DNA of 58,458 bases, taken from assembly GCA_964637135.1 (NCBI GenBank), contig CAZWTX010000014.1:1-58458 (forward strand). The letters run 5' to 3'. This DNA comes from an uncultured Methanospirillum sp. GTDB lineage: Archaea; Halobacteriota; Methanomicrobia; Methanomicrobiales; Methanospirillaceae. The position numbers and the translations under genes are program-made. The notes beneath the pieces are model-generated. The model had not been told where the DNA came from. It was given only the letters and a program-made list of their open reading frames with translations, and made no database searches. Below, piece after piece: positions 28,093 to 38,605 of the stretch (position 1 is the stretch's first letter; the number at the start of each line of letters is the position of its first letter).

Positions 28093-28719
28093 TTATTCGG
28101 TTGATGCGGGAGGCGGGGTATACACCCGTGCTCCCATCTCCCGGTCTAGCATGAAGAGGAGACCGACTCCCTTCTCCTTCTCGATCATGCTCATCTGATC
28201 AAGAATTTCGCGTGCATTCTCTTCTTCTTCCACCTGCTCGGCGACAAACCACTGGAGCATATTCACCGAAGCATGATCTCTCTCGGCGATTGCGAGATCC
28301 ATGATAGCATTGATGAGTGAGGTTACCTTCTGCTCATGGGCAAGCTGGGTCTCAAAGACCTCTTTATATCCCCTCCATTCGAGCGGGGGTGCCTCTATCG
28401 CCTGCATAACGGCCCGTCCTCCACGGGAAAGGAGGTAATCAAAGAATTTCAAAGCATGGTCACGCTCCTCCATCGCCTGAACCCGTTCCCAGTGTGCGAA
28501 TCCTTTCAGTCCCTCCGAATCAAACCAGGATGACATCGAGAGGTACAGGTAGGCAGAGTATAGTTCTGCCTTGATCTGGTCGTTTATCGCCTTCTCCAGA
28601 CGCGGATTCATTCCGCTCCGGGAAACCTTTCCCGGATTGCCTTTTGGGGTAGCCTTTGGAGCAGGTTTCGCGGCTGTTTTTGGTGCCATCTTTGGAGTCG
28701 TTTTTCGTACTGGTGCCAT
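28093..28719 (-). CDS. ftnA: Non-heme ferritin with Lys/Pro/Ala/Thr-rich N-terminal extension
   Basis: Ferroxidase motifs AELYSAYLY, EERDHA, HEQKVT and QWFVAEQVEEE. TATA-like TATATA about 25-30 nt above ATG 28719. Confidence 0.93.
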   Translation of the reverse strand: MAPVRKTTPKMAPKTAAKPAPKATPKGNPGKVSRSGMNPRLEKAINDQIKAELYSAYLYLSMSSWFDSEGLKGFAHWERVQAMEERDHALKFFDYLLSRGGRAVMQAIEAPPLEWRGYKEVFETQLAHEQKVTSLINAIMDLAIAERDHASVNMLQWFVAEQVEEEENAREILDQMSMIEKEKGVGLLFMLDREMGARVYTPPPASTE

Positions 28720-28808
28720 GGTTCTGATCTCTTCTCTTCAGGTATATAGACCTGATTCCGAACCGGACCGGTCATGCGCCTGACTGAATGTCGTTTCCTT
28801 CCGGGGTT

Positions 28809-28822
28809 ATTACTTAAGTAAT
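28809..28822. promoter_or_regulatory. Perfect 14-bp palindrome ATTACTTAAGTAAT between the divergent ferritin and glutamate-synthase-family genes
   Basis: Read directly from the sequence. Lies just upstream of a plus-strand TTTAAATA box. Confidence 0.45.
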
Positions 28823-28950
28823 TATCCTAGCCATTTAAATAAGGATGGTGGAAAGGTCTTATAGGGATTGCAGACAACGATCAGCTGTTCGGCTGATACT
28901 CCGGACGAGGCCGATCCTGCCGGTTGCAGGATTGTGGCTGGAGCGATCCC

Positions 28951-30540
28951 ATGAATCTTAAAACGCCAAATTCTGATGAAGCCATTGGGACGATAAACCG
29001 TTCCAAGAACGTTGTTCCCATGTCGGGGATGTGTTCCCGATGTGTTGACGGATGCAAGGGAGCCTGTGATATCTGGCTTGCATCATTCCGTGGTCGTGAA
29101 GTTCTGTATCCCGGGCCTTTTGGTGAGGTCACTGCAGGGGCAGACAAGAACTACCCGATAGACTATTCACATCTGAATATCCAGGGATATGCCTGCGGAG
29201 CGAACGGCCTCCCGGCCGGAGTTACTGCCAACCCTGATACTGCCGTCTTTGATGATGTCGATACCGAGACTGAATATGGCTGGGATATCAAAGTCAGGAT
29301 GAAAGTCCCGATCTTCACGGGTGCCCTTGGTTCAACCGAGATTGCCCGGGTGAACTGGGAACATTTCGCAGTCGGAGCAGCTATCTCCGGAATCACCCTC
29401 GTCTGCGGTGAAAACGTATGTGGAATTGACCCGGGCCTGAAGCTCGGATCTGATGGGAAGGTCGTATCCTCTCCCGAGATGGATCGCCGGATCGAGTTGT
29501 ACCGCAAGTATCACCAGGGATATGGTGAGATTCTCGTCCAGATGAATGTCGAGGATACCCGTCTTGGTACGGCAGAATACGTTGCCTCCAAGCATAACCT
29601 TGAGACGATCGAGCTGAAGTGGGGACAGGGTGCCAAGTGTATTGGTGGCGAGATCAAGGTTAAAGATCTTGCCCGTGCCCAGGAACTGAAGAAACGCGGG
29701 TATATCGTTCTCCCTGACCCGACCAGAAAAGACATCCAGGCTGCTTTCAAAGACGGCGCCATCAAGGAGTTTGAGCGCCACTCACGGCTTGGTTTTGTCT
29801 CCAAGGAAGCTTTCCTTGATGAAGTTGACCGCCTGAGAGGTATCGGATTCAAGCGGGTAACGCTCAAAACCGGTGCCTACTCCATGAAAGAACTTGCGAT
29901 GGCCCTGCGCTGGAGTTCAGAGGCAAAAATTGATCTCCTCACCATCGACGGTGCCCCGGGAGGAACCGGCATGTCACCCTGGCCGATGATGAACGAGTGG
30001 GGTATCCCGACATTCTATCTCCAGTCTCTTGCATACCAGATGGCCGAGGAACTCACGAAGAAAGGCTTCCGGGTACCGGATCTCGCCATGGCTGGTGGAT
30101 TTGCAGACGAAGCAAACTCCTTTAAGGCCCTCGCCATGGGTGCACCCTACTTCAAGGCGGTCTGCATGGGCCGTGGCCTCATGATCCCGGGCATGCTCGG
30201 AAAGAACATTGCAAAGTGGCTCAAGGCAGGAGAGCTGCCAAAGACCATCTCAAAATACGGCAACAGCATTCCAGAAATCTTCGTCTGTTACGAGGAACTC
30301 AAGGAGAAGTTCGGCTCAAAGGTTGACGAACTGCCGCTCGGAGCAATCGGGCTCTACACCTACGCCCAGAAGTTCAAGACCGGTATGTCGCAGATCATGG
30401 CAGGAAGCCGGAACTTCTCACTGAAGTCCGTCTCCCGTCGCGACCTGATGGCACTCACTCCGGAAGCAGCCGAAGTCTCCGGCATTCCGTATGTCATGGA
30501 AGCATACCGGAACGAAGCCTGGGATATTCTGCTTGAATAA
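28951..30540 (+). CDS. FMN-binding glutamate synthase family protein (stand-alone GltB FMN-domain-like)
   Basis: CxxC..GC...C N-terminus, IELKWGQGAKCIGGE, LKTG, TIDGAPGGTGMSP, MAGG, MGR. GGAG RBS before ATG 28951. Confidence 0.88.
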   Translation: MNLKTPNSDEAIGTINRSKNVVPMSGMCSRCVDGCKGACDIWLASFRGREVLYPGPFGEVTAGADKNYPIDYSHLNIQGYACGANGLPAGVTANPDTAVFDDVDTETEYGWDIKVRMKVPIFTGALGSTEIARVNWEHFAVGAAISGITLVCGENVCGIDPGLKLGSDGKVVSSPEMDRRIELYRKYHQGYGEILVQMNVEDTRLGTAEYVASKHNLETIELKWGQGAKCIGGEIKVKDLARAQELKKRGYIVLPDPTRKDIQAAFKDGAIKEFERHSRLGFVSKEAFLDEVDRLRGIGFKRVTLKTGAYSMKELAMALRWSSEAKIDLLTIDGAPGGTGMSPWPMMNEWGIPTFYLQSLAYQMAEELTKKGFRVPDLAMAGGFADEANSFKALAMGAPYFKAVCMGRGLMIPGMLGKNIAKWLKAGELPKTISKYGNSIPEIFVCYEELKEKFGSKVDELPLGAIGLYTYAQKFKTGMSQIMAGSRNFSLKSVSRRDLMALTPEAAEVSGIPYVMEAYRNEAWDILLE

Positions 30541-30659
30541 ATAATCTGAATCAGATTACTCTTTTTTTTCAAAAACAATGCGAAATATCCCCATGGGGGA
30601 TGGTAGATTCAGGGTATACCTGACTCATACAAAAAATGGGGTTTTATCTTGATCTGACT

Positions 30660-31832
30660 TTACGATCCCGGCGGATTCACCGACTGGAAACAGTACCGTG
30701 TAAGGGCATCGATCGTCTTTATCGAGACATTTGCCCCGAGTTCAGGCTGAAGGGACTCGAGCCAGACGAAGAATCCGACTTTTGGCGGTGTTTTGCGTTC
30801 AAACTTGAACGTCCCCTGACCATCAAAGACCATCTTCAGGTACTCCTTCTTGTTACGCTGCCTGAGGTAGATGAGCGGGGCATAATCGGGGAGATCCGCG
30901 GCAAGGATGATCTTCGTGAACCGCTCGGCAAGGCTCTTCTCATCAAGCACCTCGTCTTTTACCACGAACCGGTACTTTTCACAGAGGCGGCGGGTCGTCG
31001 AGGGGTACAGCCGCCCGAAGAGGATCTTCTTCACGAGGGTATGGGTCCGGTACGGGGACGGGAACTCTGGGACCCGGCCGTCTTCGGGGATATGGGTGAA
31101 GACCCACTCCTTCTCAAGATCATGGTACTCCTTGTAAACAAAGGGACGGGAGAGGGTAAGATCCGTTGAACGGACGGTCTTGCCTGCCGGCAGCCGGGAT
31201 TTGAGGAGACTTTTGTTCCAGGTTCCACCGATATGGGTCCGGAAGGTATCGCATGAGCGGGTACAGATCGAAAGATGTTCCTCTGACCCGAGAACCTTGC
31301 GGCCTCCCTTGTAATTTGTCAGGGGAAACGAGGTCACGAGGATGAATGTCACGGCCTTCTGGTTGAAGAGGTACCTGATGACCTGTTTTTTATAGTATAT
31401 TTCAGGAAGGAAATCCTTGAGATCTGCCGGGGATGTCACGACTTCCACGAAGACGATTGATCCGTCCTGTTTCATGAGGAGGAGATCAAACTCGGCTAGA
31501 TCCTGCCCGTTACCCCGGAGCGTGATATCCCCGTTCCGTGAGTAGAAAAAACCGTCCTGGCCGAGGGCCGGTTGCTGTTTTTTCCCCCTTACGTCGTCGC
31601 CTTTCAGGATGACCCTACTGATCGCATCGGTTTTTGATGCAAGATCGAGGAAGAGCTCGTAGGTGATCATCTCGAACCATCGCCCTTCGGCTGATCGCAT
31701 GTATGATATCTCCTCTGAGAAGAGGTTCTTGCGTTCAAGCCGGGAGAGATGGCGGATCGCCCTGAGTGCATGATCTTTTGTGGGCTGGCACTGGCGCTTG
31801 TTGTCTGCAAGCCAGCGGCTCAGTTCATCCAT
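30660..31832 (-). CDS. Hypothetical protein with PD-(D/E)xK-like N-terminal region
   Basis: 390-aa ORF with GRWFE...AEFDLLL...IVFVEVVTS. The catalytic Lys position is Val. Confidence 0.65.
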   Translation of the reverse strand: MDELSRWLADNKRQCQPTKDHALRAIRHLSRLERKNLFSEEISYMRSAEGRWFEMITYELFLDLASKTDAISRVILKGDDVRGKKQQPALGQDGFFYSRNGDITLRGNGQDLAEFDLLLMKQDGSIVFVEVVTSPADLKDFLPEIYYKKQVIRYLFNQKAVTFILVTSFPLTNYKGGRKVLGSEEHLSICTRSCDTFRTHIGGTWNKSLLKSRLPAGKTVRSTDLTLSRPFVYKEYHDLEKEWVFTHIPEDGRVPEFPSPYRTHTLVKKILFGRLYPSTTRRLCEKYRFVVKDEVLDEKSLAERFTKIILAADLPDYAPLIYLRQRNKKEYLKMVFDGQGTFKFERKTPPKVGFFVWLESLQPELGANVSIKTIDALTRYCFQSVNPPGS

Positions 31833-32130
31833 GGTAGATCAATCAAACAACTTCCTGGTCATTATTTCCTGTTCTCCTGACTGCCATTGAAAAAATGACA
31901 GGTCTCACGTATGGCAGCAGAATCTGTATCAAAGATATAGATGTCACTACATTCTTCCGTTCATAGGGCATATATGTTATTCACGCGCAGTGAGCAGTTT
32001 TTATCAGGACCGCTCGTAAGAACGGTTTAGCTGATGGTATATCAAGATTGCCGGTTCATATTCTCCGGATGGTCGGATAGGTTTATCTGGCTAAACAGCC
32101 TCTTAATACTGCTACTGATCAGATGCGTAA

Positions 32131-32204
32131 GGGTTCGTAGCTCAGTTCGGCAGAGCGCCTGGCTTTTAACCAGGTGGTCGGGGGTTCAAATCCCCTCGAG
32201 CCCG
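32131..32204 (+). tRNA. tRNA-Lys(UUU)
   Basis: Cloverleaf: acceptor GGGTTCG/CGAGCCC, anticodon arm CCTGG-CTTTTAA-CCAGG, T-loop TTCAAAT. No intron and no encoded CCA. Confidence 0.96.
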
Positions 32205-32275
32205 TTCCACGTGAGTTGTGGTCTTTTTGTGCACCGAATTTTCGACGGGACGCATCCTGTCCGAGGGGGTATGGC

Positions 32276-32527
32276 GTGAGTGCCGAAGTGAACGTACTTA
32301 AACATGAGATGGTACCAGAGCATAGCATTATGAGTAGCGAAGATCAGCAGGCGCTTTTTTCACGATACTCAATAGGTCCTGAACATCTTCCGAAAATGTA
32401 CCATGATGATCCGGCGACAGTCTCGATCGGGGCGAAGATCGGGGATGTCATCAAGATCGTCAGAAAGAGCATGACCGCCGGGCGTGCAGAATCATATCGC
32501 CTGGTAGTAAAGAGACCGAAGAAATAA
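32276..32527 (+). CDS. rpoH: RNA polymerase subunit H (Rpo5)
   Basis: [38 protein letters not shown] start at 32276 (the ORF-track start lies inside the tRNA). Confidence 0.95.
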   Translation: MSAEVNVLKHEMVPEHSIMSSEDQQALFSRYSIGPEHLPKMYHDDPATVSIGAKIGDVIKIVRKSMTAGRAESYRLVVKRPKK

Positions 32528-32540
32528 CCGGGGCGATCCG

Positions 32541-34100
32541 TTGATAGACCGAAGTATACTATCTCAGGCGTATTTTTCACGGGATCACGTTGCGAGACAT
32601 CAGCTTGACTCCTACAACTACTTTTTACAGAATAATCTCCAGAAAGTGGTCGATGAACAGAGAGTCATAGAAACCGACATTGAATCACGGGGAAAGGGAA
32701 ACGAGCCCGTTTCGGTGGAACTTGGAGAACTGAAGATTCTCAAACCGCTCGTCAGGGAAGCAGACGGTTCCCAGTCAGAGCTCTTTCCCGGCGAGGCCAG
32801 GTTGCGTAACATCACCTATGCAGCACCCATTCAGCTCGAACTCACCCTGATGCAGGGTGGAGTCAGGCAGGAGCCGGTGATCGCAACGATCGGTCAGCTC
32901 CCGATCATGGTCGGCTCCTGTGCCTGCAATCTCTTCGGGATGACTGATGAGGAACGGATGTCACACGGTGAGGATCCCCTTGATCCGGGTGGCTATTTCA
33001 TCGTAAACGGAACCGAGCGTGTTCTGATGACACTCGAGGATCTTGCCTCAAACAAGATCATGACCGAGTACACCGAGCGGTACAATGAACGGATATACGT
33101 TGCGAAGGTTTTCTCGCAGTTCCGGGGATACCGTGCCCTCGTAGTAGTCGAACGGAACAGAAAGAACCTTCTTGAAGTGACGTTCCCCTCGGTCGCCGGA
33201 CATCTCCGGTTTGTCGACCTCATGCGGGCACTCGGGATGGCAAATGATGCCGAAATCGTCAAGGCCGTCTCTACCGACGAAGAGATTCTCACCTTCATGA
33301 TGCAGAATCTCGAGGAGAGCGAGTGCGAGACGATTGAGTGCGGGGTGATGTATGTCGGAAAGAAACTCGCCCCAAACCAGACCCGTGATTACCAGCGGAA
33401 GCGTGCCGAGTTCGTCCTTGATAACTACCTCCTGCCGCACCTGAACTACATGATGCCGAGGAACGTCGACGAGGAGGACGAGGAGTGCATGGCGGTTGTC
33501 CGTTCTGTCCGGATGGCAAAGGCCCATTTCCTCGGCCGTATGGCTGAGGCCTGTTTCGATCTCGTGCTTGAACGCCGGCGTATCGATGACAAAGACCACT
33601 ATTCGAACAAGCGGTTGAAACTCGCCGGTGACCTAATGGAGGATCTCTTCCGTATCTCCCTCAACCGGCTCACAAGGGATATCAAGTACCAGCTTGAACG
33701 GGCGAGCATGCGTCACCGTGATCTCTCCATCGGGACAGCCGTCCGTGCAGATGTGCTCACCGAACGGCTCCTGCACCCGCTCGCCACCGGGAACTGGGTC
33801 GGTGGCCGGACCGGGGTTTCCCAGCTGCTTGACCGGGTTGATCACATGGCTGTTCTTTCCCACCTGCGGCGTGTAATATCCCCGCTTTCCCGCTCACAGC
33901 CTCACTTCGAAGCCCGTGATCTTCACCCTACCCAATGGGGGCGGATATGTCCCTCAGAAACTCCTGAAGGCCCGAATTGTGGTCTGGTGAAGAACTTTGC
34001 CCAGATGGTTGAGATCAGCAAGGGAGTCCTCGATGACGAGGAAGTCATCAGGATCCTGTATGGAATGGGAGTAGAACAGATCAGGGGTGAAATGCAGTGA
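32541..34100 (+). CDS. rpoB2: RNA polymerase subunit B'' (Rpo2N)
   Basis: [48 protein letters not shown] start. Confidence 0.96.
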   Translation: MIDRSILSQAYFSRDHVARHQLDSYNYFLQNNLQKVVDEQRVIETDIESRGKGNEPVSVELGELKILKPLVREADGSQSELFPGEARLRNITYAAPIQLELTLMQGGVRQEPVIATIGQLPIMVGSCACNLFGMTDEERMSHGEDPLDPGGYFIVNGTERVLMTLEDLASNKIMTEYTERYNERIYVAKVFSQFRGYRALVVVERNRKNLLEVTFPSVAGHLRFVDLMRALGMANDAEIVKAVSTDEEILTFMMQNLEESECETIECGVMYVGKKLAPNQTRDYQRKRAEFVLDNYLLPHLNYMMPRNVDEEDEECMAVVRSVRMAKAHFLGRMAEACFDLVLERRRIDDKDHYSNKRLKLAGDLMEDLFRISLNRLTRDIKYQLERASMRHRDLSIGTAVRADVLTERLLHPLATGNWVGGRTGVSQLLDRVDHMAVLSHLRRVISPLSRSQPHFEARDLHPTQWGRICPSETPEGPNCGLVKNFAQMVEISKGVLDDEEVIRILYGMGVEQIRGEMQ

Positions 34101-35925
34101 TAGAGACGAAATCACGTGTCTTCGTTGACGGTGCCCTCATCGGGCTCGTTGACGATCCAAAGGCGCTTGTACAGAAGATCCGGGCCATGCGCCGCCAGGG
34201 TGTCATCTCGAACGAAGTAAACTGTTCGCACAAGGAGTTCAACGGGGATGTCATCATCCATACCGACCGGGGGCGTGCCCGCCGGCCGCTGATTGTTCTT
34301 CAGAACGGAAAGGCGGTTATCGCCGATGAAGAACTCCAGAAACTGAAGAATAAGGAACTGGTCTTCCTTGACTTTGTAAAGAAGGGGTATATCGAGTTCA
34401 TCGATGCTGAAGAGGAGGAAGACCTCTTCATTGCGATGTCTCCGGAAGAGGTCACCCCTGATCATACTCACCTTGAGATCGATCCCTCGCTGATCCTCGG
34501 TATCGGGGCAGCCCATGTCCCGTTCCCGGAGCATAACGCCAGCCCGCGTGTCACGATGGGAGCAGGAATGGTCAAGCAGGCACTTGGATTCGGCTGCGCC
34601 AATATGAAACTCCGGCCTGATACCCGTGGCCACCTGCTTCACTACGTCCAGAAACCCCTCGTGTACACCCAGACCTCAGATCTTATCGGATCCGATGACC
34701 GGGCAGCCGGCCAGAACTTCGTCGTGGCCATTCTCAGTTACGAAGGGTACAACATTGAAGATGCACTCATCTTCAACAAAGCATCCATTGACCGGGGTCT
34801 CGGCCGATCCCACTTCTTCAGAACCTACGAGGGAGAAGAACGCCGGTATCCCGGCGGTCAGATTGACCGGATAGAAGTCCCCGACGAGGAAGTCACCGGT
34901 GCCCATGGTGCTGACTATTATGCCAACCTGGATGATGACGGGATCATCAACCCGGAGACGATCGTCAGGGAGAAGGATGTCCTGATCGGTAAAACGTCTC
35001 CACCCCGTTTTCTTGAAGAACCGACATCCGACCTTATCACGGTTGAGAAACGCCGTGACACCTCGGTCACGATGCGGAGTAACGAACACGGGATCGTCGA
35101 TACCGTCATCCTCACCGAAGGGGAGAACAACTCGAAACTCGTCAAGGTCCGGACCCGTGACCTCCGTGTTCCGGAAGTCGGGGACAAATTTGCATCCCGG
35201 CACGGGCAGAAAGGAGTTGTCGGTCTGATCACTCCGAATGTCGACATGCCGTTCACCGCGAGCGGGGTTACCCCTGACCTCGTCATCAATCCGCATGCCA
35301 TTCCGTCCCGTATGACCATCGGGCACANNNNNNNNNNCTCGAGATGCTCGGCGGGAAGGTTGGCTCCCTTGAAGGCCGGCGGATCCAGAGCACTGCTTTT
35401 TCGGGCGAGAAAGAGGAGGATCTCCGGGCGTCGCTCAAGAAGTTCGGATTCTCCCATACCGGCCGGGAAGCAATGTGGGATGGGATCACCGGACGCCGGT
35501 TCTTTGCAGATATCTATATCGGTGTCATCTACTACCAGAAACTCTACCACATGGTCTCGTCCAAGATGCACGCCCGTTCCCGCGGACCGGTTCAGGTGCT
35601 GACCAGGCAGCCGACCGAAGGCCGTGCCCGTGAAGGAGGTCTCCGGTTCGGAGAAATGGAGCGTGATGTGATGATCGGACACGGGGCCGCAATGGCACTC
35701 AAGGAGCGTCTCCTCGAGGAGTCTGACAAGGTCACCGAATATGTCTGTGCACGCTGCGGGATTATCGCCATGCTTGACCGGAAACAGAATATCACCCGCT
35801 GTCTCAACTGTGGTGCAGAGACCGATATCTACCCGGTTGAGATGAGTTATGCATTCAAACTGCTCCTTGATGAGATGAAGAGCATGAGCATCGCTCCGCG
35901 GCTCAAACTCGAGGACGTCGTATAA
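34097..35925 (+). CDS. rpoB1: RNA polymerase subunit B' (Rpo2C), artificially frameshifted by an N-gap
   Basis: [12 protein letters not shown] and [13 protein letters not shown] before the gap; [40 protein letters not shown] and the Zn-binding Cys motif after it. Confidence 0.95.
35328..35337. other. Assembly/scaffold gap (10 N)
   Basis: Run of N. A true gap of 2 nt (or 2+3k) would restore IGH-x-LEMLGG. Confidence 0.97.
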
Positions 35926-35938
35926 GGAGGAGAGATAC

Positions 35939-38605
35939 ATGCCAAGTCCAAAAAGAATTGGGAAGATCGAGTTCGGTCTCCTCTCCCCGAAAGAAGTCCG
36001 CCAGATGAGTGTCAGGAAGATCATCTGGGCAGACACCTATGATGATGACGGGTTCCCGTACCCGCAGGGTCTCATGGACCTCCATCTTGGGGTCATCGAC
36101 CCGGGTCTCCGGTGCAAAACCTGCAGCCAGAAGGCAGGCGAATGTCCGGGCCATTTCGGTCATATTGAACTTGCCAAACCGGTAATCCATGTCGGGTATA
36201 CCCGTCTCATCAGAAAGCTCCTCCGTGTCTCCTGTCGTGAGTGCGGCCGGCTTCTCCTCTCTCCCGAAGAAATCCAGAAGATCATCGGTCCGGAAGACGA
36301 GATCGGCGGGGACCAGCTCTCTGAGAAGGATGTGAAGAAGGAGCGGATCTGTCCGCACTGCGGTGAGCAGCAGCTCAAGATCAACTTCGAGAAACCAACC
36401 ACCTTTGCCGAGATAACCACCGATGATCGGGGGAAGAAAGTCGAGAACAAGCTGACTCCCGCTGATATCCGTGCACGTCTTGAGAAGATCCCTGACGACG
36501 ATCTCCGTCATCTCGGCATAGATCCGATAGTAGCCAGGCCCGAATGGACGATCCTCACGGTTCTCGCCGTTCCTCCAGTCACGATGCGTCCGTCCATCAT
36601 CCTTGAGAACGGACAGCGATCTGAAGATGACCTTACCCACAAGCTCGTGGACATCATCAGGATCAACCAGCGGTTCAAGGAGAACCAGGATGCAGGGGCT
36701 CCCCAACTCATCATTGAGGATCTCTGGGAACTGCTTCAGTACCACGTCACCACCTATATCGACAACGAGGTAGCCGGATGTCCACCGGCACGTCACCGCT
36801 CAGGCCGTCCGCTCAAGACCCTCTCCCAGCGTCTGAAAGGAAAAGACGGGCGTTTCAGGGGTTCACTCTCCGGAAAGCGTGTGAACTTCTCCTCTCGTAC
36901 CGTCATCTCGCCAAACCCGAACCTTTCGGTGAACGAAGTTGGTATCCCGCTCAGGATCGCGAACGAGATGACCATCCCGGTCCATGTCACTATCTATAAC
37001 ATCGACGAACTCCGCCGGATCGTGAAGGTCGGCCCTGAACGCCCTGACCTGAAGAGTCCCTGTGGCGCAAACTATGTCATCAGACCGGATAAACGGAGAA
37101 TCCGCCTTGTCAAGCCGAGTTACCCGGGAGCCGAGGATGGGAACCTTGACTTTGTGTCAGACCAGATAGAACCGGGCTGGATCGTTGAACGTCACCTCCG
37201 TGACGCCGATATCGTTCTCTTCAACCGTCAGCCGTCCCTTCACCGGATGTCGATCATGGCCCACTGGGTCCGACTGATGGAAGGAAAGACCTTCCGGCTC
37301 AACCCGGCCGTCTGTCCTCCTTATAACGCAGATTTTGACGGGGATGAAATGAACCTGCACATCCCGCAGACCGAGGAGGCCCGTGCAGAGGCAGCCATGC
37401 TTGCGGCAGTGCAGGAAAACATCCTCTCACCCCGTTTCGGCGGACCGATCATCGGGGGTATCCATGACCACATATCCGGGATCTTCCTGCTCACCCATAC
37501 CCTCAGGTGGTTTACCAAGGAGGAAGCGATCGACTTTTTGAAGAACGCGAAGGTCGAGCGGCTCGGAGAACCCGGAAAAGTAGAGGATGGCGTCCCATAC
37601 TGGTCAAATAAGCAGATCTTCTCCAAGATCCTGCCCGATGACCTGAACATGGTCTTCCAGGCATCTTCATGCAAAAACTGTGACGAATGCCAGAGGATCA
37701 ACTGCGACCGGGATGCCTATGTCCATATCAAGGACGGGGAACTACTCGCCGGTGTTATTGATAAGAAGGCAGTCGGTGCATTCGACGGGGCCATTCTTCA
37801 CCGGATCATCCGCCAGTACGGGTATGCCAGGGCTGCCCAGTTTATCGATGACATGACCCGGCTCTCCATCCGGGGTATTATGCATGATGGATTCACCTTT
37901 GCCATCGATGACGAAGATCTCTCAAAGAGCGACTACGGTCAGATCCGTGAGGTTCTTGAGAACGCAGCAAAGGATGTTGAACGGCGCATCAAGATCTTCC
38001 AGGACGGCCAGCTGGAACCGATGCCCGGTCGGACACCGGAAGAGACCCTTGAGATGCAGATCATGCAGGTGCTCGGGAAAGCTCGTGATAACACGGGAGA
38101 GATTGCAGGCCGGCACCTCGGTCTGTCCAACTCAGCCGTGGTCATGGCAGTCTCGGGAGCACGAGGTTCGATGCTCAACCTGACCCAGATGGCCGGTTGT
38201 GTCGGACAGCAGGCAGTGCGTGGTGAACGTATCATGCGAGGATACGAAGACCGTACGTTGCCCCATTTCCGCAGGCAGGACCGGGGTGCCCGTGCACACG
38301 GATTCGTTATGAACAGTTATAAATCAGGACTTGATCCGACCGAATTCTTCTTCCATGCCATCGGAGGACGTGAAGGTCTCGTGGATACCGCAGTCCGTAC
38401 CTCCCAGTCGGGATACCTCCAGCGGCGTATGATCAATGCCCTGCAGGATCTCAAGGTAGCATATGATATGACGGTCAGAACGACCGGTGGAAAGATCATC
38501 CAGTTCGAATACGGTGAGGATTCCACTGATCCGATGAAGAGTTCCTTTGGAGAGCCGGTGGATGTCGAAGGGATCGTCGGGAATATCCTTAAGGAGGAGA
38601 TCTGA
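35939..38605 (+). CDS. rpoA1: RNA polymerase subunit A' (Rpo1N)
   Basis: [24 protein letters not shown], catalytic [28 protein letters not shown]. Confidence 0.97.
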   Translation: MPSPKRIGKIEFGLLSPKEVRQMSVRKIIWADTYDDDGFPYPQGLMDLHLGVIDPGLRCKTCSQKAGECPGHFGHIELAKPVIHVGYTRLIRKLLRVSCRECGRLLLSPEEIQKIIGPEDEIGGDQLSEKDVKKERICPHCGEQQLKINFEKPTTFAEITTDDRGKKVENKLTPADIRARLEKIPDDDLRHLGIDPIVARPEWTILTVLAVPPVTMRPSIILENGQRSEDDLTHKLVDIIRINQRFKENQDAGAPQLIIEDLWELLQYHVTTYIDNEVAGCPPARHRSGRPLKTLSQRLKGKDGRFRGSLSGKRVNFSSRTVISPNPNLSVNEVGIPLRIANEMTIPVHVTIYNIDELRRIVKVGPERPDLKSPCGANYVIRPDKRRIRLVKPSYPGAEDGNLDFVSDQIEPGWIVERHLRDADIVLFNRQPSLHRMSIMAHWVRLMEGKTFRLNPAVCPPYNADFDGDEMNLHIPQTEEARAEAAMLAAVQENILSPRFGGPIIGGIHDHISGIFLLTHTLRWFTKEEAIDFLKNAKVERLGEPGKVEDGVPYWSNKQIFSKILPDDLNMVFQASSCKNCDECQRINCDRDAYVHIKDGELLAGVIDKKAVGAFDGAILHRIIRQYGYARAAQFIDDMTRLSIRGIMHDGFTFAIDDEDLSKSDYGQIREVLENAAKDVERRIKIFQDGQLEPMPGRTPEETLEMQIMQVLGKARDNTGEIAGRHLGLSNSAVVMAVSGARGSMLNLTQMAGCVGQQAVRGERIMRGYEDRTLPHFRRQDRGARAHGFVMNSYKSGLDPTEFFFHAIGGREGLVDTAVRTSQSGYLQRRMINALQDLKVAYDMTVRTTGGKIIQFEYGEDSTDPMKSSFGEPVDVEGIVGNILKEEI

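Noticed and set aside
28785..28798. TGAA-N6-TTCC resembling an NrpR operator
   Set aside because: It has one mismatch to GGAA-N6-TTCC and lies upstream of the TATA box instead of overlapping or following it. Likely chance.
34097..35925. Apparent frameshift or extra split in rpoB' (ORFs 34097-35602 and 35344-35925)
   Set aside because: The break coincides exactly with a 10-N scaffold gap, and a 2-nt fill restores the conserved frame. Assembly artefact, not a pseudogene or recoding event.
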